Below are positions 18,801 to 26,322 of a DNA stretch of 39,730 nucleotides, piece after piece. Position 1 is the first letter of the stretch. Each line of letters opens with the position of its first letter. The notes beneath the pieces were generated by a model. The model was not told where the DNA came from, searched no databases, and saw nothing but the letters and a program-made list of their open reading frames with translations. Position numbers and translations under genes: made by a program. This DNA is from an uncultured Chitinophagaceae bacterium (lineage in GTDB: Bacteria > Bacteroidota > Bacteroidia > Chitinophagales > LD1), in assembly GCA_964552715.1 (NCBI GenBank), contig CAZKHZ010000003.1, positions 1 to 39,730 of the forward strand, given 5' to 3'.

Positions 18801-20191
18801 CTGCAGGCTCGTGGGCGCCATACGCATTGACTTCTAACTTTTCTATGGAGAATAATGCTACTTGTCGCAATTATGAGATAGGTAATGACATAGGTCCTAT
18901 CTACATCAACAATCCTGGGTTTAAGTGGAGAAATTATACAAACACATACAGCTATACAGGGCAGCAAGGTCAGTGTAACCAAGCTAATCTGCTCAATCCA
19001 ATGCCTCAAAATAACCTTGAGGAGTTAATAAGTGTGGATATTGTTATTACACCAGACACTAGCAAATGGTCAAGATGTATTGTGTTTGAAACTGGAGAGG
19101 AATCTGGTACAAACCAAGGAGCAGATATTGCACCCAATGGCAGATCACCACGCAAAGGTCAAATTCGCAGAGCACTTTCTAAAAACAAAGATGGTTCTGT
19201 GGCATTCGATTTAAACCAAAATTTCGATTTTGTTGAAGATACGGGTCGTGGTTGGTTTCCAGGTTATGCTATAAATGTGGAAAATGGTGAGCGATTGAAT
19301 ATTGCTTTTGGTGAGGCTTCTGACTATGCTGCCCAAAGAGGTAATGATATGTTTTGGAACCCTACCGCTACTATTTACTCAACCATTGTGTTTAATAATC
19401 GTGTTCCACCGCGCGAGCCGTTTTTTGGTGGTAAACACTTCATTTATGTAATGAATACGAGATATGATGAAGGCAAGGAGGCGCAGGAAATTTTGTTATC
19501 TAATTACAACGTTCCTGGTCCTACCAATGTTATCAATAGTCGCGTTCAGGCTTTGCACCGCAATTTGCTTTATACAGCAATTCCACATTTGAACAAAAAT
19601 TTTGAGTTCAAAGAATTAGCTGGAAACAAAATTGTGCCTCCTTCGGAAGTGAAAGTGAAGATTCGCGTGGAAAGACCATTCACGGAATTTGCTACCCGTG
19701 CCACTTTTATTGATGCAAATAGTACAGGAGGTTTGCCTCGCTACCAATTCAGCACAAAAGGTTTGGCAGCAGTTGATAATCAAAAAGAGGTTGCCAAAAA
19801 TGCTTTGGATTTAATTCGTGTGGTTCCAAATCCTTATTTGGCTTACTCAACTTACGAAACATCGCAATTTGACACACGTGTCAAAATTATCAACCTACCT
19901 AACAAGTGTGAGATTAACATATTTACACTTGATGGAACTTTTATCAGAAGGTACTCGCGCTCAATTGATATTGATCCTTCAACAAATTCTAAGGTGGATA
20001 TATCAGATGGTGCGGCAATAACGGATGGCGTTATTAACTTAGATAGTTCTATAGATTGGGACTTAAAAAATGACAGAGGTATTTCAGTAAGTAGTGGGGT
20101 TTATATTATTCACATAAAATCCCAAGGTTTGGGAGAGCGCACTCAAAAAGTATTTTTAGGTATGCGTCCACCAGATATTTCAAACTTCTAA
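15869..20191 (+). CDS. 1,440-aa secreted/surface protein of unknown function with a C-terminal T9SS-CTD-like beta-sandwich
   Basis: Signal peptide MKNITKLLALVLLLPFAVNA with no lipobox Cys. Motifs DVDGNGIYDP and GDRRMVQTSGPFLLQPGLTQDV. C-terminal VVPNPY...INLPNKCEINIFTLDGTFIRRY...WDLKNDRGISVSSGVYIIHIKS resembles the T9SS type-A sorting domain. Confidence 0.8.
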   Translation: MKNITKLLALVLLLPFAVNANIDVTVGKKKAQVKPQGYYKTEAGDCAPPVSQTDMDINNVRTRLLNGGDLWWDLSVARYEVPKANPPGSTQALNMLFAGAIWVSGVDAGGNLKVAAMRYRQVGYDYWAGPLDNKGEVTKTTCVKWDRHFNVLGTEIEQFQKAFEAANGTLAASAIAPDVLRWPGKGNPVLAADGFEVSSVLAPFRDVDGNGIYDPTKGDFPTIYASAFPAPDTLGAYGDQMIFWVMNDAGNIHTESSGQGIGIQVNTLAFAFKTTDEINNMTFYRYNITNKSSLGLRQTFISQWSDPDLGNSADDYVGCDVGRRLAFVYNGDNFDEAANGVGGYGTQLPLGGIVFFEGPKDTSGNELGLTSFVYFNNEQSGPRRDPGSAVEYRNYMTAKWLDGTPFTEGGNGYAGTVVTNYCFPGNPIDGSQWSECYPNGPSSQPNAKGDRRMVQTSGPFLLQPGLTQDVTIGVIFVRPPGVGVGTCPDLSFIRPASDKAQGLFNQKFRLTNGPDAPTLDIRELDREIIINLRNLPGSNNYGEAYKEVIPAASVLYPGDTTDRVKYVFQGYKLYQVRDSRVSATDVEDPNKSLLIAQVDIKDGVGRIIEFRLDQSLNLYVPVERVASGDGTDKGIQNSFRLTTDKFAPSVDENRLVNHKTYFYTAIAYGYNNFATFNINRPDSTQPEPFKAGRKNFKIYSALPHKTEVRNEGTVLNAQFGDGVEVRRIEGAGNGGNAVDLTDETIGKILSSAPQHYTDTLVYKKGKDPIKFKVVDPMKIQEADWEVRFKLITDSTISKTLIRDTNGIVVKIDSAAAVDTIITWVLHKLNNDGTVADVINSEIVPYFKRKLIDYKTGSPVVTIDERTSRPYEQYIFTQNGAVQNDYGFSLTFGYPVAVYTNRTNGKLIFDYLTSSVENTDPTDPWLSFLKDEGEKDVANWIRSGSLLGDLSGAWNPNRYRTGIVDTAFTDPNKNFDKMAAGSWAPYALTSNFSMENNATCRNYEIGNDIGPIYINNPGFKWRNYTNTYSYTGQQGQCNQANLLNPMPQNNLEELISVDIVITPDTSKWSRCIVFETGEESGTNQGADIAPNGRSPRKGQIRRALSKNKDGSVAFDLNQNFDFVEDTGRGWFPGYAINVENGERLNIAFGEASDYAAQRGNDMFWNPTATIYSTIVFNNRVPPREPFFGGKHFIYVMNTRYDEGKEAQEILLSNYNVPGPTNVINSRVQALHRNLLYTAIPHLNKNFEFKELAGNKIVPPSEVKVKIRVERPFTEFATRATFIDANSTGGLPRYQFSTKGLAAVDNQKEVAKNALDLIRVVPNPYLAYSTYETSQFDTRVKIINLPNKCEINIFTLDGTFIRRYSRSIDIDPSTNSKVDISDGAAITDGVINLDSSIDWDLKNDRGISVSSGVYIIHIKSQGLGERTQKVFLGMRPPDISNF

Positions 20192-20202
20192 AAAATGCAC
20201 GC

Positions 20203-20234
20203 GCATTGCCGATTTTTATCGGCAATGCTTTTTT
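20203..20234 (+). terminator. strong intrinsic-terminator-like hairpin between gene 2 and gene 3 of the module
   Basis: GCATTGCCGAT-TTTT-ATCGGCAATGC, a perfect 11-bp stem (20203-20228) followed by TTTTTT (20229-20234). Confidence 0.8.
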
Positions 20235-20268
20235 CGTAAAATAAGATATTCAGTAAGCAATAATAGAG

Positions 20269-21975
20269 ATGAAAAAAGTTTTACTTATAGCAGCGACCAT
20301 CGGAGCCTTACAAGTTTTTGCGGGTAATCCGGATAGGCGTGGTGAATCAGGGGCAGCAGAATTGGTAATGAACGGCTGGGCGCGCTCAACAGGTATGTGG
20401 GGTATGAACTCTGCGCGTGTGCGTGGCATTGAGTCAGAGCGAATAAACCCTGCTGGTTTGGGATACGTGCGCAAAACAGATGTGCAAGTTGCTTATTCTT
20501 TGTGGATGCAGGGCTCAGGTTTAGGCGTTATTCATGCAGGTTTTGCACAACAAGTAAAATCGAATGTATTTGCATTGACTATCCAATCTTTAAGTTTTGG
20601 GCAAATCATCAGAACCACTGTTGAAGATCCGCAAGGTGGAATAGGCACTTACAGCCCTCGCTTTTTAAATATAGGTGTTTCTTATGCAAAGGTATTTCCA
20701 CTTGGTATTAAAGGGGGTATTACCGTTCGCTTGATAAACGAGGGTATTGATAACATTAATGCGTTCGGCTTTTCGATAGACGCAGGTTTGCTATATACTA
20801 CAGGTAAAAAGAAAAATATTCACTTTGGTGTTGCTTTAAGAAACGTTGGAACGCCAATGACTTTCCGTGGCGATGGTTTTTCATTCACAGGTAATGCTGA
20901 AAGCGGACAATATCAATTGGCTTTTGATCGCAAAACTCAAAAATTTGATTTGCCTGTTCAATTAAACATTGGTGCTGCTTACGACCTTTTATTGGGTAGC
21001 GAATTTGATTTGGAGCCGGGTACAAGAACCCAAAACTACCGCATAACATTTGCTGCAAACTTTACCTCTAATGCTTACGGAAATGACCATTTTGGTGGTG
21101 GTATTGAATTCTCTTATCGCGATGTATTTATGTTGCGTGGGGGCTATCGTGGCGAAGTGGGCATTACAAACAAGACTATAAGCCAAACCAACTATTCAGG
21201 CTTTGCAGGTGGCTTTACAGTAGAAGCGCCTTTCAAAAAAGATGGTACAGGACCTCGCTTGGGTCTTGATTATTCATTCCGTTCCACTAACATTTATCAA
21301 GGTACACACAGCATGGGATTGCACTTTAATTTAGGTGGAAAGGATAAAGTGCAAGCAGAAAGTGTAGTTTCAAAAGCAACATTGGTAGATGAAAAGCCTA
21401 CTAAAAAAGTAAGTTCAAAAAAATCTAAAGCAGAATTACAAGCTGATGCAGATGCAAAAATTGATTCAATAAATAGCGTTACAGAAGCTTTGCGTGTAGA
21501 GTTAGAAGCTGCTAAAAACAAAAAACCTGATACTGTGGTTCAGGTTCAAGTGAAAGAAGTAGAAGTTATAAAAGTTGATACATTGTTCTTTGGTGCTAAG
21601 TCGCATATTGAAGAAGTGAATGGCAAAAAAGTTGAGGTGTTTGATGATTACGACAATCTAGAATTTGAATCAAACTCAGCCGTTATTAGCCCAAGTTCAT
21701 TCCAATACTTAGACTATTTGGTAGCTAAAATTCGTAAGAATGGAGATGCCTTATTGCGGATGAAAGGACATACGGATGACGTAGGTCCACGCGCAAAGAA
21801 TGTGAAACTTTCTCAAGACAGAGTGCTTGCCGTTAAGCAATACCTGGTAAGCAAAGGAGTGGATGATTTTAGAGTGTTAACAGAGGCTTTGGGTCCTGAT
21901 AAACCTCTTGTTCCAAACAACTCTGCTGCCAATCGTCAAAAGAATCGCAGGGTAGAGATTTTCCTCGAATACTAA
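20269..21975 (+). CDS. PorV/PorQ-like outer-membrane barrel fused to a C-terminal OmpA_C peptidoglycan-binding domain
   Basis: N-terminus GNPDRRGESGAAELVMNGWARSTGMWGMNSARVRGIESERINPAGLG (PorV-family opening). Lys-rich coiled linker. OmpA_C motifs FESNSAVISP..., MKGHTDDVGPRAKNVKLSQDRVLAVKQYLVSKGV, NRQKNRRVEIFL. Confidence 0.82.
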   Translation: MKKVLLIAATIGALQVFAGNPDRRGESGAAELVMNGWARSTGMWGMNSARVRGIESERINPAGLGYVRKTDVQVAYSLWMQGSGLGVIHAGFAQQVKSNVFALTIQSLSFGQIIRTTVEDPQGGIGTYSPRFLNIGVSYAKVFPLGIKGGITVRLINEGIDNINAFGFSIDAGLLYTTGKKKNIHFGVALRNVGTPMTFRGDGFSFTGNAESGQYQLAFDRKTQKFDLPVQLNIGAAYDLLLGSEFDLEPGTRTQNYRITFAANFTSNAYGNDHFGGGIEFSYRDVFMLRGGYRGEVGITNKTISQTNYSGFAGGFTVEAPFKKDGTGPRLGLDYSFRSTNIYQGTHSMGLHFNLGGKDKVQAESVVSKATLVDEKPTKKVSSKKSKAELQADADAKIDSINSVTEALRVELEAAKNKKPDTVVQVQVKEVEVIKVDTLFFGAKSHIEEVNGKKVEVFDDYDNLEFESNSAVISPSSFQYLDYLVAKIRKNGDALLRMKGHTDDVGPRAKNVKLSQDRVLAVKQYLVSKGVDDFRVLTEALGPDKPLVPNNSAANRQKNRRVEIFLEY

Positions 21976-21998
21976 AAGAAGTTATATTCGCATAATGG

Positions 21999-22033
21999 AG
22001 ACGCTTCTGCATCGCAGAGGCGTCTTTTATTTT
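21999..22033 (+). terminator. rho-independent terminator ending the three-gene module
   Basis: AGACGCTTCTGC / GCAGAGGCGTCT 12-bp stem (one G-U), 3-nt loop, then TTTTATTTT. Confidence 0.8.
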
Positions 22034-22056
22034 CATAAAAGAACCAATCAATTATT

Positions 22057-22527
22057 ATGTCAATATTTTTTATGACTAAAGAAGGCTACGAAGCCTTAGA
22101 AGCAGAAGTAAAGTATTTGCGTAATGTGCGCAGGCCAGAGGTGTCAAAAGCAATTGGCGAGGCGCGCGAAAAAGGCGACTTGAGCGAGAATGCTGAGTAC
22201 CATGCCGCAAAGGAAGAGCAAGGTCATTTGGAGGCTAAAATTTCTGAAATGGAAACCAAGTTGGCAAGTGCGCGCATTATGGACGAGAGTAAAATTGATA
22301 CATCTAAAGTTGGTATTCTTTCAAAAGTAGAGGTATTGAATAAAAAGCTGAATAAGAAAATGGTTTTTACTGTTGTAAGTGAAGCTGAAGCTAACTTAAA
22401 AGAACGCAAAATATCATCTTCGTCACCAATTGGTGCAGCACTCATGGGCAAAAAAGTAGGGGAGGTGGCTACTGCCAACACACCTGCTGGTGCTATGGAG
22501 TTTGAGGTGCTTTCGATAAGTGTTTAA
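22057..22527 (+). CDS. greA: transcription elongation factor GreA
   Basis: MTKEGYEALEAEVKYLRNVRRPEVSKAIGEAREKGDLSENAEYHAAKEEQ coiled-coil finger and SSSPIGAALMGKKVGE C-terminal domain. The start may be ATG 22072 instead. Confidence 0.93.
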   Translation: MSIFFMTKEGYEALEAEVKYLRNVRRPEVSKAIGEAREKGDLSENAEYHAAKEEQGHLEAKISEMETKLASARIMDESKIDTSKVGILSKVEVLNKKLNKKMVFTVVSEAEANLKERKISSSSPIGAALMGKKVGEVATANTPAGAMEFEVLSISV

Positions 22528-22553
22528 GATAGGGATTGCAGTAGAATGACTGC

Positions 22554-22571
22554 TTGAAGTTTAAACTTCAA
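22554..22571. repeat. 18-bp perfect palindrome TTGAAGTTTAAACTTCAA just after greA (weak terminator candidate)
   Basis: Read directly. A T-run (22582-22587) follows only after a 10-nt gap, so terminator function is uncertain. Confidence 0.4.
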
Positions 22572-22588
22572 CAAATGCACGTTTTTTA

Positions 22589-22745
22589 ATGTTCAAATTA
22601 AAAGTCTGGTAGTTAAAATGTTCAAAGCCTTATTCGGAATATTACGAATGCTACACTGACCGTTCAAAGCCCTATTCTGAATATTGCGAATGCCACACTG
22701 AATGTTCATCGTTCTGATTTGCAATTTTTAGAATGCTATAAGGAA
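22589..22745. repeat. tandem array of a ~42-bp unit (two near-identical copies flanked by degenerate copies)
   Basis: 22620-22659 versus 22662-22701 match at 36 of 40 positions (GTTCAAAGCCYTATTCKGAATATTRCGAATGCYACACTGA). Further GTTCA-initiated degenerate units start at 22591 and 22704. Confidence 0.8.
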
Positions 22746-23088
22746 TTTCACCGCTCTACATTCCAATTTTATAATCGGTTAATGTAAACCATAGCAAGTG
22801 CTGGCTAAATTTTTTACAAGTGAATATACTTCTCCTTGTAATTGAAGCATTTTAGCAAACAAGAATCAAGGGAGCCCTATTAATAATTTTCTTGAAAACA
22901 TGTTGAATTGCCGATAATTTTACAAACTTTTTCCCCTTTCGCGTTTTTTGCGCATTATATTCGCGCCCTCAAATAGAATTCCGTAAAGTTCTAACACTGT
23001 GAAATGCCTTGGTACATTTCATTGCAAAAATGGGGTTAATCCTTTGCGGGCGGTTCCATTTGGGCTTTTTCAAATTAATAATTATAAA

Positions 23089-24138
23089 ATGAAATTATCT
23101 TCTTTCGACTTTGCGCTCCATAAGGACGCTATTGCAGAATACCCTTCCAAAAATCGCGATGAAAGCCGCATGATGGTTGTAAACCGCCAAACAGGAAAAA
23201 TTGAACACAAGCACTTCAAAGATATTCTGAAATATTTTGGTGATGGCGATGTGATGATTTTGAACAATACTAAAGTGTTTCCTGCGCGACTTTATGGTTT
23301 GAAAGAAAAAACTGGAGCAAAGATTGAGGTATTCCTTTTGCGCGAATTGAACCGCGATGCTTTGTTGTGGGATGTGTTGGTTGACCCGGCACGCAAAATT
23401 CGCGTAGGTAATAAATTGTATTTTGGTGAAAACGATGACTTGGTTGCAGAAGTGGTAGATAACACCACCAGCCGAGGCAGAACCATTCGTTTTCTTTTTG
23501 ACGGAGGCTACGACAAATTCAAAAAAATATTGTTTGGCATGGGTGAAACTCCACTGCCTAAATATATCAAGCGCAAACCAGAAGCATCGGATGAAGAGCG
23601 TTACCAAACAGTTTATGCTAAAGAAGAAGGTGCAGTAGCTGCCCCTACCGCAGGTTTGCACTTTAGCCGCGAGCTATTGAAAAAATTAGAAATCAAAGGT
23701 GTGGATTATGCTGAGGTTACTTTGCACGTTGGTTTGGGAACCTTCCGCTCCATTGATGTAGAAGATCTTTCAAAACATAAAATGGATGCCGAGCAGATTG
23801 AAATTTCAGAAAAAGCAGTAAAGATTGTAAACGGAGCTAAAGTTGCTGGTAAAAAAGTTTGTGCTATTGGCACGACCTCCATGCGTACCATCGAAAGCGC
23901 AGTTACAAGCACCGGACAGTTGAAGCCCTACAGTGGTTGGACAAATCTATTTATTCATCCACCTTACAATTTTAATATTGCAAACTCAATGGTTACCAAC
24001 TTTCACTTGCCTAAAAGCAGTTTATTGATTATGGCTGCTGCATTTGGTGGTTATGATTTAATAATGAAAGCCTACGAGCAAGCTGTTAAAGAGAAATATA
24101 AGTTTTTCAGTTATGGTGATGCCATGCTGATCCTCTAA
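23089..24138 (+). CDS. queA: S-adenosylmethionine:tRNA ribosyltransferase-isomerase
   Basis: [31 protein letters not shown]..., [36 protein letters not shown]. The ORF-track start at 22999 looks like a spurious 30-codon extension. Confidence 0.93.
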   Translation: MKLSSFDFALHKDAIAEYPSKNRDESRMMVVNRQTGKIEHKHFKDILKYFGDGDVMILNNTKVFPARLYGLKEKTGAKIEVFLLRELNRDALLWDVLVDPARKIRVGNKLYFGENDDLVAEVVDNTTSRGRTIRFLFDGGYDKFKKILFGMGETPLPKYIKRKPEASDEERYQTVYAKEEGAVAAPTAGLHFSRELLKKLEIKGVDYAEVTLHVGLGTFRSIDVEDLSKHKMDAEQIEISEKAVKIVNGAKVAGKKVCAIGTTSMRTIESAVTSTGQLKPYSGWTNLFIHPPYNFNIANSMVTNFHLPKSSLLIMAAAFGGYDLIMKAYEQAVKEKYKFFSYGDAMLIL

Positions 24139-24162
24139 TTCTTTTTTAATAGAATAGAAAAC

Positions 24163-24198
24163 AAAAAAGGAGCGTTGCAAAACGCTCCTTTTGTTTTT
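24163..24198. terminator. bidirectional terminator between convergent queA and the HMG-CoA reductase gene
   Basis: A6-GGAGCGTT-GCAA-AACGCTCC-TTTTGTTTTT: 8-bp GC-rich stem flanked by an A-run and a T-run. Confidence 0.8.
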
Positions 24199-24216
24199 AT
24201 AAAAATGCTGATGTAA

Positions 24217-25584
24217 TTAAAGAGGATTGATATTAAAAGAACTTGAGCGCCTTAAATTCTCCAAGAATTCGCGCACAGCGGAAACACTTACTACACGCTC
24301 AGCAAAAAATGATTTCGCCTCTTTTTCTTCAACTTCATTAGCTTGAAACTGCGCAAGGATATTTGTAAGGTGCATCTTCATGTGTCCCGCTTGAATGCCC
24401 ACAGTAATCAATGAACGAATAGCACCAAAGTTTTGTGCTAAACCAACAGCCGCAATTATTTCCATCAACCCTTTTGCGCTTGGATTGCCTAATAACTCCA
24501 ATGAACGTTTTGCCAACGGATGCAAAGAAGTTAAACCACCAACCGTGCCGATAGCAATTGGAAGTTCAAGCCAAAATTGAAACATGCCGTTTTCTACTTT
24601 TGCCTTTGAAAGACTTCTGTATTTACCATCGCGGCAAGCATAGGTGTGGGCGCAACTTTCTACAGCACGAAAATCGTTGCCCGTAGCCATCACAACACTA
24701 TCCACGCCATTCATTATACCTTTGTTGTGTGTGGTGGCACGATAAGGGTCAATACATGCAATGCGTACAGCGCGTTCAAATTTCCAAGCAAATTCTTCTG
24801 CCGAAATTGTGCCATTGGCAAATGTGCCGAGTTGCTCAACTGGGCATTTTACTTCGGCACGCACGATACAATTGGGTGTGTAGTTAGATAGAATACACAT
24901 CACAATATCTACTTCCTTTTCATCGTGATTAAAAATTACACTGCCAGCAATTTTCTCTTTCAACAGCTTGCCGAATTCCTCTAAGCAAGAGTTGATAAAG
25001 TTTGCACCCATCGAATCAACTGTTTCAAAATAGGCGCGTATTTGATAGTAATCTTTTTCTTCTGGGAACTCAATCAGTTCCATATCTAAAACTCCACCAC
25101 CACGTTTTTCCATGTTGGTAGTAAGTGCTTGAACGCCCGTACGCAAATCATCTTTAATCGAATCGAAAAACTTAAACAGCTTATTGCGATTGCCTTTGTA
25201 AGTAAAATGCACCTGCCCAACTTTTACAGTGGCAGAAACATTGCTTGTAAAGCCACCTCTGTCTAACCAAAACTTTGCGGCATTGGATGCTGCTGCTACC
25301 ACACTGCTTTCCTCCGTAACCATGGGCACAGCAAACACTTTGCCATTTATTAAAAAATTTGGAGCAATACCAAAAGGAACCGGAAAGTTAGTAAGTGTGT
25401 TTTCCGAAAACCCATCCAACAGCTTTTGCGATTCAATATTATCGTGCCAAAATGCGGCAAACTCTTTAAGAACATCAACAGGATTAGCGTAGAGGAAATT
25501 CTTGGCAATCCAAGAAATCTTTTCACTCTTATTCAGTTTTGAAAAGCCCGCTACCTGCTTATTATCTCCCGACTGTTCACTCAT
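24217..25584 (-). CDS. class II hydroxymethylglutaryl-CoA reductase
   Basis: ENTLTNFPVPFGIAPNFLINGKVFAVPMVTEESSVVAAASNAAK, VDSMGANFINS, IGTVGG and GHMKMH motifs typical of class II (bacterial) HMGR. Confidence 0.88.
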   Translation of the reverse strand: MSEQSGDNKQVAGFSKLNKSEKISWIAKNFLYANPVDVLKEFAAFWHDNIESQKLLDGFSENTLTNFPVPFGIAPNFLINGKVFAVPMVTEESSVVAAASNAAKFWLDRGGFTSNVSATVKVGQVHFTYKGNRNKLFKFFDSIKDDLRTGVQALTTNMEKRGGGVLDMELIEFPEEKDYYQIRAYFETVDSMGANFINSCLEEFGKLLKEKIAGSVIFNHDEKEVDIVMCILSNYTPNCIVRAEVKCPVEQLGTFANGTISAEEFAWKFERAVRIACIDPYRATTHNKGIMNGVDSVVMATGNDFRAVESCAHTYACRDGKYRSLSKAKVENGMFQFWLELPIAIGTVGGLTSLHPLAKRSLELLGNPSAKGLMEIIAAVGLAQNFGAIRSLITVGIQAGHMKMHLTNILAQFQANEVEEKEAKSFFAERVVSVSAVREFLENLRRSSSFNINPL

Positions 25585-25748
25585 TACTTTGCGAAATTAA
25601 GATTTAAAGTGTTTTCATACAATTTTCTGAAAATTCAATACAATACATAAAATATGTTTAACGCTAAAAGTGATTGGAATAATTAAAAGCAAAGCGTAAA
25701 TTCGCCATTCCGCAGCCGAGTTTGCTGTAAATTTTTAATTTTTTTATA

Positions 25749-26222
25749 ATGAACAATAGAGATTTGAATGCCTTTGTGCCCCTTGCAACCTTGCTAGTAG
25801 TGATGAGTAGTTTATTTATGATGCACTCTTGCGAAAAAGACACTGAGATAGATAAAATTTATGAACCTATTACTGTTGTGCAGCCGGATTCTGTAGTAGC
25901 AAAGTTGAAGCAAAAAGACGGCTTGGCACTGGAAATTAAATTTGTTACTGACCGACCGATTGTCTATGCGCAAGGCTTATATTCGATTGATTCAACTAAC
26001 TCGGGTCAATTTGATATGGCAGGCAGCGATACCATTTTTGTTTTGTTTGATTCTATACCGAAAACCAACAAAAAAACCTACACAGGTGAATTTAAAGTAG
26101 ATTCAATTAAAGTGGGGCATAAAGTAAGAGTGAAACTGAGTATGCAAGCATTGGGCAATTCTGGTGTTGTTGCGCCATCGCATTACTTTGAAAAATTCCT
26201 GCGATTTGATGTGATAAAATAG
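25749..26222 (+). CDS. hypothetical lipoprotein
   Basis: Signal peptide with lipobox-like ...SLFMMHSC. No recognisable family. Confidence 0.6.
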   Translation: MNNRDLNAFVPLATLLVVMSSLFMMHSCEKDTEIDKIYEPITVVQPDSVVAKLKQKDGLALEIKFVTDRPIVYAQGLYSIDSTNSGQFDMAGSDTIFVLFDSIPKTNKKTYTGEFKVDSIKVGHKVRVKLSMQALGNSGVVAPSHYFEKFLRFDVIK

Positions 26223-26322
26223 TTGCCCCTTGTGCAGTGAACTAAATCGCCCAATTATTTTTTAGTAAAATTCTCCTGTTACTTTCTTTGTCAGCCACAC
26301 AACGTTCATATATTGGTTGCCG

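Noticed and set aside
12050-20191. SusC/SusD polysaccharide-utilisation locus
   Set aside because: The gene after the barrel is 1,440 aa, lacks a lipobox cysteine and shows no TPR-like SusD character. No glycoside hydrolases or hybrid two-component/ECF-anti-sigma regulators are nearby. The plug region lacks the SusC-type signature I would expect.
22589-22745. CRISPR array
   Set aside because: The repeat units are directly adjacent (42-bp period with a 2-nt gap), so there are no spacers. Only two units are well conserved and no cas genes are present.
22745-23088. preQ1 or other riboswitch upstream of queA
   Set aside because: I could not find the preQ1-I/II consensus or another recognisable riboswitch core. 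There are only short 5-6-bp hairpins (for example GAAATG-N8-CATTTC).
22999-23088. N-terminal extensions proposed by the ORF track (queA 22999; also 35900, 8692, 9480, 6620 and 11757)
   Set aside because: In each case an internal ATG gives the canonical family N-terminus or a proper signal peptide. The upstream codons overlap terminators or look non-coding.
23095-23661. 188-aa antisense ORF inside queA, plus similar antisense ORFs at 30803-31240, 6583-6930, 5317-5724, 9698-10048 and 13184-13579
   Set aside because: Each is fully contained in a confidently assigned gene on the opposite strand and shows no motif or sensible composition.
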